IMG/VR virus record: IMGVR_UViG_3300023196_002944
Span: 1-64,000 of that record
From: a virus
DNA length: 64,000 nt
Reading direction: 5' to 3' (one strand)
Below the pieces are notes generated by a model, which saw nothing but the letters and a program-made list of their open reading frames with translations, was not told the origin of the DNA and made no database searches. Of this stretch, positions 36,801-46,537 are shown piece after piece (the stretch's first letter is position 1; every line of letters begins with the position of its first letter). The position numbers and the translations under genes were made by a program.

Positions 36801-39800
36801 CGTCCAGCGAAGGCTCCTGTTACTACAGCCCCGCGCCGTGCACCTAGTAACCAAGGTGCCAAGGGCCGGGCAGCGCGGAAACGGAGAAACGAGGCAGCGA
36901 GGCAGACTGCGCCTGCTACATCGCAGGAAGCGGCTCCGCTGCATAAGGTCGCGCCTGCAAGTGTCGCCGCCGGCACGCCGGGGATTGCCTATTCAGGTGG
37001 TGCCATAGGTTCTGACTCTGTGTGGTCTGCTGCGCTGGCTGACAAAGACGTGCCGACTGTACACATGTCGTTCGCTGGCCACAGCATAAATAAGAATGCA
37101 CGCGGCCAACGTGTAGAGTTGACTCCTGAACAACTGACTGAGGCCGATGCAGCGTACAGACGTGCACGTGGTCGCCTTAATAGAAGCGGCAAACCCAGTA
37201 CTGACTTTGCTACCAATCTGCAGCGCCGCAACTATTTCCAAGTGCGCGATGCCGATGCGGTCTACGCCGTAGGTGAACTCATCATCGACAAGCGAGGGGC
37301 TGTGTCTGGTGGGACAGGGTATGCCGTTGAGTACGCCGTGCAGATGGACAAGCCTGTATTCCTGTTTGATCAGAAGCAGAACCGGTGGTTCAGCATCACC
37401 AAGGGAGCGCAGAACAACGTCGTCAAGCCTGCGGAAGTCACTCGACTGGAAGGCGACACTGTTGCGCTGATTGGCACGCGGAAGATCAGTAAGCAGGCCA
37501 AGGAAGTCATCTACACGCTGGTAGATAACACCTACAGTGTCGACCGAGGCAATGCCCCCGGTCCCACAGATGCCATGGCTGATGGTGTAGCACCAGAAGA
37601 TGCAGGTGTAGGCCCGATCCAAAAAGATACGCCCGCTGTAATTGCGGTCATGAACAGACTCAATTCACTCTTTGGCAAAGTCGAACTCAGCGACGGAGCC
37701 TATGGCAAAGGGTTAATAGCCGCAGTCAGTAAACATCTGCTGACTGACGCTGCAAATGCCAAGGGAATCCTCACGGTCGTCGAAGAGTACACGCAGAACT
37801 TTGTTACGGACCACATCTTCGATAGCCCGAAGGCGTTAATCGGCGTGCCTCTTATTGGCCTCGACGCCCAGTTCTTCAGTTCTCAATTTGCAACTTGGAA
37901 CCGCAGTAATACTTTTGAGAAACTGAATAAGGCGTTTCCGATGAATCGGAACCGCATGGTGTCAATCAACACACGCCCAGAATACAGCCTCCACGAATCG
38001 TCTGACCTCAGATACCGCGATACTTATGTGTTTGAACTTAGAAAGCCTGATGCGCGGGAATTCCGATTGACGAAACTGGCACGAAGCTGGGCAAACATGC
38101 TTGGCCTGAAACGATATGCAAAGCAGATAACAGTTACGCTTCGTGACCCAGAAGATAGCCGCGATGACGCGTATCTTTGGGGCATATATGGCATGGCCTA
38201 CACCAATGAGGCCATCATTTACATCAATCCCACACTGCTCGACCCAGCAGTGTTAAAAGACAATGCTGCGCTGAAAGGTGTTCTCGCTCATGAATTCGGG
38301 CATCTCGTTCATCGCGCAGTGATCGATGGGATGCTAGAGACGGCAGAAGGGGACTACTTCACTCTGCTAAAAGAAATGCGGCAGTCCTACCGTACGTTTG
38401 CAGGGTTGAAACGTGGCAGCGGCGTTGTGACTGACGGCCTGACAGATCGTGCCAATAAACTGATGGATGAGTTTAATGGCCTGCAGTCAGCACTCGTAGC
38501 TGGCACTTTGAATGATGCCGAATTCGCAGCCGCTCTCAAACAGCTTACGCCATTCATAGATACCGTCTCACAGCAGCGTGGCTTCGTTGCATCACAAGAA
38601 GTTGTAGATACGTTGCGCGTTGAGCGAGGCCAAACGCTGGCCCGCACTCCTGCCATGACTAGTTTCATACTGGCTGTGCAGAATGGTGATCCCATCACGG
38701 ATGCAATGCGAGAAAGCGCATTGAGTGATGCGCAGGATACGGTAAAGAATTTCATCTCTAGTTATATAATTAGCCAGCCCGAGTGGTATGCCGATCAAAT
38801 TGGGGCGTGGCTAAACACTAAGGAAGAGCCGAAGACAGTACTGGAGCGTTTCTTTGCCGGCCTCGCGGCGGCGATCAAGAAACTGTTTGGTCAGGCACCG
38901 CAGACGTCAGCCGACTTTGCTGGTAAGCCACCAGTCAATTCTGTCCAGAAGTTCATGGACAGTCTGCTGGCTACATCCCGACCAATTAAGTCCAAGCCTA
39001 AGAAGCATGTGTTCAATCAGCAAGCCGAAGCGGTGCTGGATGCCATCATTGAAGAGATTGAACGCGACCCTGTAGCCAAGATCGCTGTGACTACCGTCCT
39101 AGAAGGTGATGTCACGCGCATTGGGCCGAAGCGTTCTATTGAATGGCTGCGTAATCGGCTGAAGTTAATCTTTGATGGTACGAACGCCGAGATCGAAAAT
39201 GCAATCTGGGGTGCGTTCTATATCGTATCGATGGGGGACATGTACAACGAACTGACCCGCAACGATCCGCAGACAGACTGGGTGCCGGGCGAAGACTTGA
39301 TTGTGGCCGATGATGATGGTGGCAAGGGGTCACCGTGGCGCACCGGGTTTGTGAGTGTCATCAATAACATTCGTGGCAAGCACGGTCAGGTTGCCGGCAT
39401 CGACGTAGGATTCTCACTGAAGAGCATCTTCCCAAGCGGCTATGACAATAAAGGTATGGGAGCGCTGGTCAATAACCCGCGTCGTTTGCGCTCTGTCGTG
39501 GGCGGCATGCTGCCAACGGGTTACTACAACGCCCTGTCCGTAGCCTTGGAGCAGGCACGTCTGAAAATTCAGGCGGCTCCTGAGTACAACGCACAGGCCG
39601 AACGCATATATAAGAGTTTCCTAATAAACAAACGCGGCCTGCAGCGTGACTCCGAGAACCCGAATATCATTCATGTTCCAGTATCTCCGATGTTGTTTGA
39701 TGCACTGGACACCAAGCACAAGGCCAAGATCGATCAGTTCATTGCTGAACAGCAGCAGTGGGCCAAGGACAATAATGTCGAGACGGCCATGACGCGGGAA

Positions 39801-42800
39801 TCATTGATGGACCCACAGGGTCTGAACCAACTCTTCCTGACGTACAACCCCGACATGCAGCAGAAGCGTCAGGACGGCACGATGGAAGACCGTGCGTGGA
39901 CGTTCTCTCTCCGCACTCATCAGGGCACCGAACTGGCGTGGGTCTGGCATGAGAATCGGCATCGCCTGTTCCAGCAGGTTTTCGATTCCATGATCGATCA
40001 GGCCAAGAGCTACGCCAAGAATAAACTCGACACGGCTGATGAAGCCCACTACCTGCAGACCACATTGCAGTTCTTGGCTCCTGCGAAGACCACGCTCAAC
40101 TCCAAGGGCGAAGAGGTGCACACGCCCCCGCAGCCCATCGATCTGGGCGTTCGTGTGCTGGCTCAATACGGTCGTAGCTTTGATGGCGGTCAGCGACGTG
40201 GGATTGAATCGCCACAGCGTCATGTACTCAACCAAGAACGCTACCTTGCCAACGGCATCACCGCCCTACTGGATAACGGCTATGTGCTACTGAATGATCG
40301 CACGATGCCTGATGGCAAGGGCACAAAGCTTGTGCCACAAGTAGTAACCGACAAGATGGGCACGCGCTTCAGGGCTGACCTCATCGTTGGTTATGGCACT
40401 GGAATTCGTACCGCTCGTCGTCTGTCTGATGCGCTCAAGGCTGTGCAGAGAGAATCCAAACTGCACGATGAAGCTGCGTGGATCGAACGCAGCATCGAAC
40501 GCAGCATGGAACGTGTCGCCGGCCTGAAGGGCAAAGTTGCTCAGTACAAACGCATCAAGGCGCGGGCAAAATCCATTGCGTCAGCCAAGCCAAAGCTGAA
40601 AACCGCTATGGATCGTCAGTTACGCAAGGCTGAGACGGCGATTACCAATGAGATGGAAGCCGTGTTCACCATCCTTCACGACGAAGAGACGCCGTACAGT
40701 GCGGCACTCAAGGAAGGCATGGACAAGGTGACCATGGAGTTCCTTGAAACGGATGACATGATCGCTCTGCGCAACGAAGCGATGCAACGATTGCAGGCGG
40801 CTCAGGCAGAGAACAAACGCGTCGATATTGGTGCCCAGCTAATTGAGAATCGTGTTGGGCAGGCGGAACTGCATTCAATCTATGAAGGCATCAAGACCAA
40901 ACTAGAGACCTTAGCAGGAATCGTCGACGTCACAACGGATGAAGTGGCCAAGGCCACGCACGCTTACAACGAGTCGAACACCAAGGCGAATCTCGACAAG
41001 CTGATGAAGGCACGTGCCCATCAGGGGCTGGCCATCTTGCGGCAGATGCAGCAAGTGGACCCGGATACGATCACAGATGAGTTCATCGAACAGACTATCC
41101 AATCCGACGCGTTTCTTGGTACTACGCGGCTGTACGAATTCAAGCCAGAGACGAAGCGCCAGAAAGCAGAAGTGAAAGAACGCGTCATCGATATGCAACG
41201 TACGCGTTCTGCGGCCACACTCGCGCTGCATAAGTTCAGGGATGATGTTGGCAATGCTCTGAAGAAGCGACTGATTGAACTCGACCATAAACTGGCTACG
41301 ATGACTGGTGTTGCTAACGGCCTCGTCCAGTGGGCTTCGCAGAACGGTATCCTGATCGAAGATTTGGAGGCCGAAGGGCAGATCACAGTTGACGATGACA
41401 AGAAGGTCAGTGCGGCATTCAAAGAACTTCAGAAACATGAAGCGCGAGTGCAGTCCCTGCAGGCTAAAGTCGATGGGATGAATGCCGTGGTTACCCCGCC
41501 TGCCAAACTCGCAGAAGCGAGTGCCCAGTTACGTGAGGCTCAGGAACATCGGGAAGCCGCCTTTGCAGACGCTACGGTGCAGCGCCGAGGCAAACGCGTT
41601 CTGGATATGCGTGCATTGGAGACAGCGTATGGCAAAGCAGCCGGTGCCTACACCATAGCCAAGCGCAAGGCGTTATCTGAACTGCAGGTATATCTGGTAG
41701 AGAACGATATCGACACGGGCGTAGATGCTGAATCTACACTGATCAGCCAAATGTCGATTCCATATGAAATACAGCGCCTGCAGCGGATGCGGCGTGAGTA
41801 CATACGCGTCACGCAGATAGATGCTTTCCGTCATGCAAGCATCCCCTTGCTGGACCAAAAGATTGCTGGCATCACGACTCAACTTGAGTCCCTGTATCTA
41901 TTGAACTCTATGCGAGTTTCGGAGATTCGCAATCTGATGCCCTTAAATCGGGTACTGCGTTCCCGGTTGGCTTCGTTAAAGCGTGAAGGGGCTCCGTTCT
42001 GGAATGGGCAGATGGCTATCGACGAAGAAGCCGAAGCTGTCGCCGCGCTGCATGAAGAAGTTGCTGAACATGAGCAGTACGGCATGGATGTCGTCGATCA
42101 TAATTTGGCGCAGACAGAAACCGAAGCGGGCATGACCTTCAGCACAGATGTCGCGCTCGACCCTGACACCGGGAACCCTCTGGCGATTCAGCGATTCCGT
42201 GAGCCACGCCAGCTAGGTTCCTTGGCTTTCGAGAATGGGTTCCTGCCTGAGAACACCACGAAGGGTAAGGGGGCACGGAAGACAGTCACGAATCCCATGC
42301 TGGAAACAATCCAAGCCATCTATCGCGTGAGTGGTCTGGACCGGTTCGGCATCGACTTCAACTTTGGGTTCAATGAGAAGGAAGGCATGCCCAGTCAGGT
42401 TACGATCTGGACAGAGCCGGGAATGCGAGAGCATAAGCGCAAGATCGAAGTCACGATCAGAATCGACCCGGCGCTGAAAGATAACCCCGAGGCGATGATC
42501 CGTGATATCGCCCATGAAATGGCCCACGTCACCAAGGACGCGCTACTGGGAGTCGAGGAATCGAAGAACTCCGTAGTGTGGAAGAAGTTGATGAAGGGCT
42601 ACAAGCAGTACGCGGCTGACTGGAAGGGAGAGGGTCCAGCCCCAATCTTTGAAGAGTGGTTTGCTGATCGCTTTGCTGCATGGCTGGTGGATTCGACGAT
42701 GCGGGGACGTAAGTCCACCATCAAGAATGATCCGAAGACCGTTGTTGGCAAGTTCATGCGGCGGCTGGGTGACACGATCAAATCCATACTCAAGATATCC

Positions 42801-45191
42801 AACCCGAAGAAATCCGAAGAGGATGTGGTCTACGAATTTCTCGACATGCTGGCCGTGATCACGACCCGCGACACCATGCCTGACAAAATCTATGACGAAT
42901 TCCGCAACCAGAACGAAATGTTCGATGAGGTATACAACCGACTGCGTGGACGGATGGGCCAATTCCAAGAGGGGCAGGTGTCTTACTTTGCAGATGGCGG
43001 GCGTAGCGGCCCAGTCGTAGGTCGCGTGGACGAAGTGACGGCGCGGAGTCGTGTCTTCGCCATGGCATTCAGTGGAGCCAAGAACGTATGGAAGGATACG
43101 CGAGGATTCATTGCTGAGATTTATGACCGCTACATTCGGTGGGCGAACCGCTCACTGTGGTTGCAGAAGAACTCAGATGGCAAGATCATCAAGGCCATTC
43201 GCGCTTTCGGGTTGCAGTGGTCTGATATGCCCGGCCACGCCCGTGGTGATCGTCACCCAGTGACGGGGGAGTGGCATGACAACGTAGTCTTCATCACCCG
43301 TGCTGATGGCCGAGTGGAGACAGTCAAGATCGGTGATGAAACAATCAAGCATTCCATTGACCGGGAACGCGGCCAGTGGGTCGAGCTTAAACTGACAAAG
43401 TTGTTAGAAGAGCATGGCAATACCGAACAGCACGATCAGGTGCTGAAGTATCTGCAGTCTGAGACGCCACTAAGCAGCATTCGCAATGCTGAAGTACGTG
43501 CACATGTCTCAGCGTTCCGTGATTATCTGGATTCCTTTTACGACGACTACATCGGTGCGATGTACGAAAGCCGTCAGGGCAGCGGTGCCCCGGTGGAGTA
43601 TGGCATCAAACGGTGGAATGCGAATTACTTCCCTCGCGTCCTCGACCCCCAGATTCTGATGGAGAACAGGGATGAATTCATCACCGACGTAGTGACAAAA
43701 CTCGGGTTCACACGTCAGGGAGCCGAGGAATTGTGGCAGTCGTACATGGGCAACGACAATGTTGACGCGTGGTTCGATCCTGACCGCACCTTTGCTCCGG
43801 GCAACCCCCAAGGCAAGAGTCGTCAGCAGCAGTTGGCCGACGCCGCACCGGTGCTGGAGAAGTACATGGCGAAGAGCATGACCCACGTCATGCAGAGCTA
43901 CATGCACGCCATGATCAAACGGGTTGAGTACGAGCGCCGGTATGGTGGCGTGGCCATGACTGAAGCAGGCACGCCGTACTGGGATCACGATGTAGGGTTC
44001 CAACGCTTGATGCGGCTGGCGAATGAAGAGGGCGCGTCGGCCGCGCAGTTAAAATGGTGGTCTGAAGTGAAGGAAGGTTACCTTGGCCGTTTGGGTCAGG
44101 ATATCCCGCCTGCGCTGCGCCGGTTCTACTCCCTGACGCAGACGTTTCTGAACTTCCTGTTGCTGCCGTTCGCCACGCTGTCATCGTTCGTCGATCTTGC
44201 CAATGTGATCGTGCGGTCCAACGGTTCGGTGACCTTCAGCCTTACTCACCTTCGTGATGCTTTCAAGGCCGTGCGTGAGAAAGGCGACAACGAGCTATGG
44301 AAGCTGGCCCAGACTCATGGTTTGGTGGTCGACAATGTCATGCATTCAGTGCTGGCTGAACGATTTGATACGGGGTATATGACCCCTATCTACCAGAAAA
44401 TGAACGAGAAATTCTTCCGCTGGATCGGATTGCACCAGTGGACGGCCGCGATGCGCATGTATTCGTGGCAGATGGGCAAGGATTTTCTCCATAAACACGC
44501 TACAAACCGTACGGAGTATGGCGATAGCTACCTTACAGAACTGAATCTCAAGGCCGAGGATGTCCTGAACTGGTTCCATGAAGGCCAGAAGACGTGGCAG
44601 GTGACTCCGGGGGCTGAGAACGATGCTCTGGCCCGCAAAGTGACTATTGCCCTGAATCGGTTCGTCTCGGAGTCCATATTTCGCCCTGACGCCTCTCAGC
44701 GGCCGAAGTGGGCCTCTGACCCACACTGGATGCTTGTATGGCACCTGAAGCAGTTTGGCTACTCATTCTGGGCCAATCTGGTGCATCGGTTGATCGATGT
44801 AGCCAAGACGAGGCCCGGAACGCTGGCTAAAATGGCCGCATTCCTACCTTTGCTGGCCGTTCTGCCGTTTGCCATGGTAGGCATGGAGTTGCGGAATATA
44901 ATCCAGTACGGAGCATCTGACGAGACCCCTTACAACCATCAGAGGGGAGCGGCTGGGTACATGGCCGAGCTAGTAGAGCGGTCAGGCGCTCTGGGGCCAA
45001 TGCAGTTCCTCTGGGATGCCATGGAGTCACAGGAGCGAGGTAAGCTCTTCATCCTGTCTTTGCTTGGGCCTGCCGCGACAATGACAGAAACAGCACTCAC
45101 CAAGGAACTCAGCACGGTTATCCCTCGCTTCACACCGGGGATTTCGGTGATGCCTCCCTTGCGGCACTGGCTGACAGAGCAGGTGCAATAA
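33861..45191 (+). CDS. Giant polyvalent virion/ejection protein (3776 aa)
   Basis: GAGGT RBS; N-terminal SNase-like domain, hydrophobic A/G-rich helices, Pro-rich linker, SLOG-like domain, HEFGH and HEMAH zincin motifs each followed by EW(Y/F)AD, helical C-terminal region. Confidence 0.85.
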   Translation: MANDRRFSATNALTPRTIDADTIDLRGRRHRLFGVGASEMSTASGREATRRASEFLSRPGVTTRTHGTGYFGRALSEAIGPDGENLNARLIEEGLAISRDYTGVGNIYPDATAKSRREGEVPSRAAQFLEARAAQRGDVATKFDEKYVPPEATVTQALGVGVRSGVDSLQAGAYGMASALASIISPPADQQPSDDSAIERFGRRKRNDFENGFIRNSIEASQVHVAQSLKELTEGEDTTFGDWARWAAFNVGVGAPSLVAMAATSGTGFAAGAGLRALSLGVARSLTKKGMSRATAKQMSKGIMTNLPKYGARMGAMMGSGVPQGGQIYETVKNDYGVDSVGTALTTAVITGGLDVVGLEYVLRGLLPDPKKYLSESIAVNLAKMMAGSSARGILAEAPVEALQEVTALVAEGIHDPDELIMEKLTSEEGRWRILEAAAAGAVFGGVFGGSGGVMSYGLQGLPTKQKKAKTPAPDAPPPDAPPPAIEPPDAPPPAGAPPAGAPPAGAPPIGIVSPGEGPPPDDGVPPIGVDPRNPTAPPIGLTPTEEGRPAPETVEVSERATDVEGKHTFSKPREAMEFAKNVKKLYPAAQVKQTRLEVEVKFPIDEAPTDTGVDPRAAKPTEAPTTTSPVAETPAPEAPKTEAPVAAPVEFNEGDKKRGHKTKQEDHEVALADGSRHVVKGRTVVPPEGFEDVRLIVHKIVGGKEWKVTELETGYGIGGTSATMKEAVANAKKKLKDVGRTEFDLAFARTQEKIAGKEAPKTEAPKTEAPKVPRTPEEFKAQQEQRRVESQERAEKEIAEVEAAGGKARKSKGGDKRGIMEFADRDKFVAYLKGKGREDFIIENILRGQSGPFTHLMEYAQTEHFTAKPAAKPAAKPAAKPAAKPAAKSEVKFLSNEDKDALIAVEGVVSKLPQVLRSRIVNVVAKSLGIGAINEGQVIEWANRTYGTNFNIEAKPSDVKKPAAKSEPHEADPGVNPRARPAKAPVTTAPRRAPSNQGAKGRAARKRRNEAARQTAPATSQEAAPLHKVAPASVAAGTPGIAYSGGAIGSDSVWSAALADKDVPTVHMSFAGHSINKNARGQRVELTPEQLTEADAAYRRARGRLNRSGKPSTDFATNLQRRNYFQVRDADAVYAVGELIIDKRGAVSGGTGYAVEYAVQMDKPVFLFDQKQNRWFSITKGAQNNVVKPAEVTRLEGDTVALIGTRKISKQAKEVIYTLVDNTYSVDRGNAPGPTDAMADGVAPEDAGVGPIQKDTPAVIAVMNRLNSLFGKVELSDGAYGKGLIAAVSKHLLTDAANAKGILTVVEEYTQNFVTDHIFDSPKALIGVPLIGLDAQFFSSQFATWNRSNTFEKLNKAFPMNRNRMVSINTRPEYSLHESSDLRYRDTYVFELRKPDAREFRLTKLARSWANMLGLKRYAKQITVTLRDPEDSRDDAYLWGIYGMAYTNEAIIYINPTLLDPAVLKDNAALKGVLAHEFGHLVHRAVIDGMLETAEGDYFTLLKEMRQSYRTFAGLKRGSGVVTDGLTDRANKLMDEFNGLQSALVAGTLNDAEFAAALKQLTPFIDTVSQQRGFVASQEVVDTLRVERGQTLARTPAMTSFILAVQNGDPITDAMRESALSDAQDTVKNFISSYIISQPEWYADQIGAWLNTKEEPKTVLERFFAGLAAAIKKLFGQAPQTSADFAGKPPVNSVQKFMDSLLATSRPIKSKPKKHVFNQQAEAVLDAIIEEIERDPVAKIAVTTVLEGDVTRIGPKRSIEWLRNRLKLIFDGTNAEIENAIWGAFYIVSMGDMYNELTRNDPQTDWVPGEDLIVADDDGGKGSPWRTGFVSVINNIRGKHGQVAGIDVGFSLKSIFPSGYDNKGMGALVNNPRRLRSVVGGMLPTGYYNALSVALEQARLKIQAAPEYNAQAERIYKSFLINKRGLQRDSENPNIIHVPVSPMLFDALDTKHKAKIDQFIAEQQQWAKDNNVETAMTRESLMDPQGLNQLFLTYNPDMQQKRQDGTMEDRAWTFSLRTHQGTELAWVWHENRHRLFQQVFDSMIDQAKSYAKNKLDTADEAHYLQTTLQFLAPAKTTLNSKGEEVHTPPQPIDLGVRVLAQYGRSFDGGQRRGIESPQRHVLNQERYLANGITALLDNGYVLLNDRTMPDGKGTKLVPQVVTDKMGTRFRADLIVGYGTGIRTARRLSDALKAVQRESKLHDEAAWIERSIERSMERVAGLKGKVAQYKRIKARAKSIASAKPKLKTAMDRQLRKAETAITNEMEAVFTILHDEETPYSAALKEGMDKVTMEFLETDDMIALRNEAMQRLQAAQAENKRVDIGAQLIENRVGQAELHSIYEGIKTKLETLAGIVDVTTDEVAKATHAYNESNTKANLDKLMKARAHQGLAILRQMQQVDPDTITDEFIEQTIQSDAFLGTTRLYEFKPETKRQKAEVKERVIDMQRTRSAATLALHKFRDDVGNALKKRLIELDHKLATMTGVANGLVQWASQNGILIEDLEAEGQITVDDDKKVSAAFKELQKHEARVQSLQAKVDGMNAVVTPPAKLAEASAQLREAQEHREAAFADATVQRRGKRVLDMRALETAYGKAAGAYTIAKRKALSELQVYLVENDIDTGVDAESTLISQMSIPYEIQRLQRMRREYIRVTQIDAFRHASIPLLDQKIAGITTQLESLYLLNSMRVSEIRNLMPLNRVLRSRLASLKREGAPFWNGQMAIDEEAEAVAALHEEVAEHEQYGMDVVDHNLAQTETEAGMTFSTDVALDPDTGNPLAIQRFREPRQLGSLAFENGFLPENTTKGKGARKTVTNPMLETIQAIYRVSGLDRFGIDFNFGFNEKEGMPSQVTIWTEPGMREHKRKIEVTIRIDPALKDNPEAMIRDIAHEMAHVTKDALLGVEESKNSVVWKKLMKGYKQYAADWKGEGPAPIFEEWFADRFAAWLVDSTMRGRKSTIKNDPKTVVGKFMRRLGDTIKSILKISNPKKSEEDVVYEFLDMLAVITTRDTMPDKIYDEFRNQNEMFDEVYNRLRGRMGQFQEGQVSYFADGGRSGPVVGRVDEVTARSRVFAMAFSGAKNVWKDTRGFIAEIYDRYIRWANRSLWLQKNSDGKIIKAIRAFGLQWSDMPGHARGDRHPVTGEWHDNVVFITRADGRVETVKIGDETIKHSIDRERGQWVELKLTKLLEEHGNTEQHDQVLKYLQSETPLSSIRNAEVRAHVSAFRDYLDSFYDDYIGAMYESRQGSGAPVEYGIKRWNANYFPRVLDPQILMENRDEFITDVVTKLGFTRQGAEELWQSYMGNDNVDAWFDPDRTFAPGNPQGKSRQQQLADAAPVLEKYMAKSMTHVMQSYMHAMIKRVEYERRYGGVAMTEAGTPYWDHDVGFQRLMRLANEEGASAAQLKWWSEVKEGYLGRLGQDIPPALRRFYSLTQTFLNFLLLPFATLSSFVDLANVIVRSNGSVTFSLTHLRDAFKAVREKGDNELWKLAQTHGLVVDNVMHSVLAERFDTGYMTPIYQKMNEKFFRWIGLHQWTAAMRMYSWQMGKDFLHKHATNRTEYGDSYLTELNLKAEDVLNWFHEGQKTWQVTPGAENDALARKVTIALNRFVSESIFRPDASQRPKWASDPHWMLVWHLKQFGYSFWANLVHRLIDVAKTRPGTLAKMAAFLPLLAVLPFAMVGMELRNIIQYGASDETPYNHQRGAAGYMAELVERSGALGPMQFLWDAMESQERGKLFILSLLGPAATMTETALTKELSTVIPRFTPGISVMPPLRHWLTEQVQ
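36460..36527 (+). repeat. Perfect 12-bp tandem repeat CTGCGAAGCCTG x5.7 (AKPA)
   Basis: Read directly from the sequence. Confidence 0.95.
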
Positions 45192-45222
45192 AAAACGGGC
45201 TAGTGCGGTAGCACCAGCCCGT
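45186..45222 (-). terminator. Intrinsic terminator at the convergence of the two arms
   Basis: Minus strand ACGGGCTGGTGC-TACC-GCACTAGCCCGT followed by a T run that overlaps the giant gene's stop. Confidence 0.8.
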
Positions 45223-45256
45223 CAAAACCACCGAAGAGGACACCCACCCATAGATG

Positions 45257-45769
45257 TCAGCGTTTATGGTACCAGTGCTTCCCGCGAATTCCAAGTAAGG
45301 ACTCCAGCACCCTTCGAACGGACATGGCCAGCATGGTGTAGCCCATCATTTCGATGAGTGAAATCACAAAGACGATGCTGCGGCGCACCAGTTCATCTTC
45401 GTCACCGCTGTTCTCTCGTATGATGTCGGCATATTGCCGATGCATTTTGAGCGGGGAACGGTAGTGGTCCCGCCAGTCATCTCCGAAGATTCTGGCCCAT
45501 TCAGTCTCTACCAGATCAGCCGCGCCGACATTCAGCATCTTCATTAGTGAACTGAACGGTATTTCCGTTAAGGGGACGATGGGTGTGTTATCACAGGTCA
45601 AGGCTCCCAGCCGCATGATCGGTTCGGATTTAGGCCTGAAATCGCAGGTAATGCTCACGAAGGGCATACCCCCCGTGGTATCTACAGCCCGAGGGTCGCC
45701 CCATTTTCCATCAAAGAGTATCAGTTGCCGAATCTTCGGCCCCGGCTTTCTTCGGCTGCTGTTTTTCAT
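45257..45769 (-). CDS. Hypothetical protein
   Basis: 170-aa ORF, last gene of the minus-strand arm. Confidence 0.55.
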   Translation of the reverse strand: MKNSSRRKPGPKIRQLILFDGKWGDPRAVDTTGGMPFVSITCDFRPKSEPIMRLGALTCDNTPIVPLTEIPFSSLMKMLNVGAADLVETEWARIFGDDWRDHYRSPLKMHRQYADIIRENSGDEDELVRRSIVFVISLIEMMGYTMLAMSVRRVLESLLGIRGKHWYHKR

Positions 45770-45926
45770 TAGTTTTCCCTAATGACAGGACGGTGTAGTC
45801 AGATTCCGAGAGCCCTCGGTGCATGGTGTTGATCACGCCTTTGATTAGTGCAGCAGCGTGCTTCATGTCCCGTGCCGGAAAAGAAATTCTCCGCTTGAGG
45901 GTGTATGTCAGTTCAAATTCAGCCAT
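45711..45926 (-). CDS. Hypothetical protein
   Basis: GGGGAG RBS; 71 aa. Confidence 0.55.
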   Translation of the reverse strand: MAEFELTYTLKRRISFPARDMKHAAALIKGVINTMHRGLSESDYTVLSLGKTNEKQQPKKAGAEDSATDTL

Positions 45927-45983
45927 GGCTTGTACTCCCCGAGCCCCACTTAGGTTTTAGCCTCAAATAAAAAAATAATCAAC

Positions 45984-46241
45984 TCAGATAGAAACCATAA
46001 GTTCGATAGAGTCTCCTTTTTCTACAGGTGTAACAATGCCATTACCATTTTGGATGGTAGCGGGGTTGCCGTTGTGTAGGTTAACAGCGCAGTAGATATC
46101 AGTAGCGCTAGCGGTTCTTGAAGGCGTACGAATATAAAAAAATCCTTCGTAGATGAAGATGTCACCAACTGGAAGGGCACCGGCGGGTTTACCGATAATA
46201 CTTGGATGGGGGTTTAGTGTGACTCGGTTGTTGTTGCTCAT
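45984..46241 (-). CDS. Hypothetical protein
   Basis: 85 aa, stop/start coupled with the upstream gene. Confidence 0.55.
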   Translation of the reverse strand: MSNNNRVTLNPHPSIIGKPAGALPVGDIFIYEGFFYIRTPSRTASATDIYCAVNLHNGNPATIQNGNGIVTPVEKGDSIELMVSI

Positions 46242-46537
46242 TATGAATCCTTTATCTTGTAGTTGCCGTCTCCTACAGTTTGGTTAAGTAGGAATACCCA
46301 GCGTTGGCGGATAGGGTCGAGTTCATTGTGCAATGCTTCGCTGTACATTTTGGCAGCGAGGTCTTGTCGTTGAAGGATTTGTCGGCCAGTGCGCATTTGG
46401 TCGATGGTGATGGTTTGCTCATAGTATGATAAGAAAGTGTCTTTGAGCGGTGCAGGTACCATGAGTGAGCCGTAACGGACGAAGGCTGGAGCCGTAGCAG
46501 CGGCAATCATACCTTTGAGGAAGTTACGGCGTTTCAT
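46241..46537 (-). CDS. Small protein with a twin-arginine-like N-terminus
   Basis: MKRRNFLKGMIAAATAPA matches the Tat-type RRxFLK motif. Confidence 0.55.
   Translation of the reverse strand: MKRRNFLKGMIAAATAPAFVRYGSLMVPAPLKDTFLSYYEQTITIDQMRTGRQILQRQDLAAKMYSEALHNELDPIRQRWVFLLNQTVGDGNYKIKDS

Noticed and set aside
33861-45191. Virion RNA polymerase (N4- or crAss-like), suggested by size and the N4-gp56-type capsid
   Set aside because: I found no DxDGD motif or T7-type polymerase motif set; the visible motifs are SNase, SLOG and zincin.
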